Positions 63,075 through 64,000 of a DNA stretch of 64,000 bases are shown piece by piece (position 1 is the stretch's first letter; every line of letters begins with the position of its first letter). The stretch lies in the sequence record NZ_LC586267.2; one strand, 5' to 3'. The notes beneath the pieces are model-generated. The model saw only the letters and a list, made by a program, of their open reading frames with translations, had not been told where the DNA came from and did not search any database. This DNA comes from a plasmid. The position numbers and the translations under genes are program-made.

Positions 63075-64000
63075 TGTTGCCGCTGACCGAAAACTGACCC
63101 AGTAGAGGCTGTTCTGCCGACTGAAAACTGACCCAGGTGTTCAACTGCTTCTGCTCAATTTTTGAGCAGGAGAACACAGGGTGATCAGTATGGAAATGAT
63201 GGGCAAAATTCGCCGGATGTATTTCCGCGACAAGCTGTCGCTGCATGAGATAGCCAAGCGCACCGGGTTGGCGCGCAACACGATTCGCAAGTGGGTCAGA
63301 GCACCTGAGGCCAAGCCGCCGGTCTACCAACGCCGCGCGATCTTCAACAAACTCAGCCCTTTTCACGCAACGCTGGAGCAGGCGCTAAAAGCCGATTCGC
63401 TGCGGCCCAAGCAACAGCGGCGCAGTGCCAAGGCGCTGTTGGCGCAAATCAAAGCCGAAGGTTATGACGGTGGCTACAGCCAGCTCACCGCGTTTATCCG
63501 TGCCTGGCGAGGGGGACAGGGCAAGGCGTCGCAGGCCTTTGTGCCGCTGACCTTTGCTCTTGGCGAGGCGTTTCAGTTTGACTGGAGCGAGGAAGGCTTG
63601 CTGGTCGGCGGCATTTACCGGCGTATGCAGGTGGCACATCTGAAGCTGTGTGCCAGCCGTGCGTTCTGGCTTGTGGCGTATCCGAGCCAGGGCCATGAGA
63701 TGTTATTTGACGCCCATACACGCTCGTTCGGCTCCTTGGGCGGCGTGCCGCGCCGGGGCATCTACGACAACATGAAGACCGCCGTCGACAAGGTCAATAA
63801 GGGCAAAGGCCGGGCGGTGAATGCGCGCTTTGCGGTGATGTGCGCGCATTACCTGTTCGATCCGGACTTCTGCAACGTCGCCGCTGGTTGGGAAAAGGGC
63901 ATCGTTGAAAAGAACGTGCAAGACAGCCGCAGGCGTATCTGGCTAGACGCCCAGGACTGCCAGTTTCACTCCTTCGAGGAACTCAATGCCTGGCTGGGCC
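63075..64000 (+). mobile_element. Left end of IS21-family IS (IS1326-like): left IR plus 5' part of istA
   Basis: Left IR TGTTGCCGCTGACCGAAAACTGACCC with subterminal GAAAACTGACCCAG repeats; matches inverted right end at 973-1000. Confidence 0.75.
63190..64000 (+). CDS. istA: IstA transposase (IS21 family), 3'-truncated by window end
   Basis: N-terminal HTH (LSLHEIAKRTGLARNTIRKW) then DDE region ...FQFDWSE...; runs off window end. Confidence 0.85.
   Translation, partial: MEMMGKIRRMYFRDKLSLHEIAKRTGLARNTIRKWVRAPEAKPPVYQRRAIFNKLSPFHATLEQALKADSLRPKQQRRSAKALLAQIKAEGYDGGYSQLTAFIRAWRGGQGKASQAFVPLTFALGEAFQFDWSEEGLLVGGIYRRMQVAHLKLCASRAFWLVAYPSQGHEMLFDAHTRSFGSLGGVPRRGIYDNMKTAVDKVNKGKGRAVNARFAVMCAHYLFDPDFCNVAAGWEKGIVEKNVQDSRRRIWLDAQDCQFHSFEELNAWLG

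Overview
The window reads as almost all of a ~64.5-kb circular, high-GC (Pseudomonas-like) conjugative plasmid carrying a large multiresistance transposon.

1. Backbone (about 11709-57703). A MOBF/MPF-T (IncW / IncP-9-like) conjugative plasmid. It carries:
- a TrwA-TrwB(T4CP)-TrwC(relaxase) module with a putative oriT;
- a stbABC-like stability operon;
- a complete virB1-virB11 type IV secretion cluster, plus nuc and kikA-like genes;
- parA/parB and a multimer-resolution resolvase;
- an iteron oriV with a small Rep gene;
- rulAB (umuDC) with a LexA box;
- a HigB/HigA-like toxin-antitoxin pair;
- a leading region holding ssb, a DUF932-like gene, an orphan C5-methyltransferase, a PAPS-reductase-like gene, a KorA-like regulator and many small unknown genes.

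2. Composite transposon. A Tn3-family (Tn21-subgroup) composite element spans the window edges (57704..64000 and 1..11708). It is bounded by inverted Tn501-type 38-bp IRs and flanked by a 5-bp GATTT target-site duplication. Inside it are:
- a res-tnpR-tnpA module ending in a Tn21-type IR;
- an AraC regulator with a DUF417 membrane protein;
- an IS21-family (IS1326-like) element split across the window ends;
- a class 1 integron, on the minus strand, ordered intI1 - blaVIM-2-like - aadA1 - aac(6')-Ib-family - qacEdelta1 - sul1 - orf5 (also present are a PcW promoter and IRi);
- a serine recombinase gene next to the integron IRi (a res-hunter insertion);
- a mer module, merRTPFA, starting at a Tn21-type IR; merA is cut 9 codons before its end by a 262-bp TIME-like element, followed by a Tn402-family terminal fragment.

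3. Observations of interest:
- a 16-bp palindromic operator (TTCTCGCATGCGAGAA) at 8 promoter regions across the backbone;
- a ~150-bp promoter-hairpin-SD cassette (CUP-like) repeated 8 times before leading-region genes;
- a ~480-bp noncoding repeat in 2 full copies and 1 partial copy;
- two paralogous proteins built from tandem sigma-70 region-4-like HTH repeats;
- a methyltransferase whose target-recognition region carries GxFSVADPR repeats;
- at least 7 frameshifts, mostly in homopolymer runs, so probably sequencing artefacts.

No CRISPR, rRNA or tRNA was seen.
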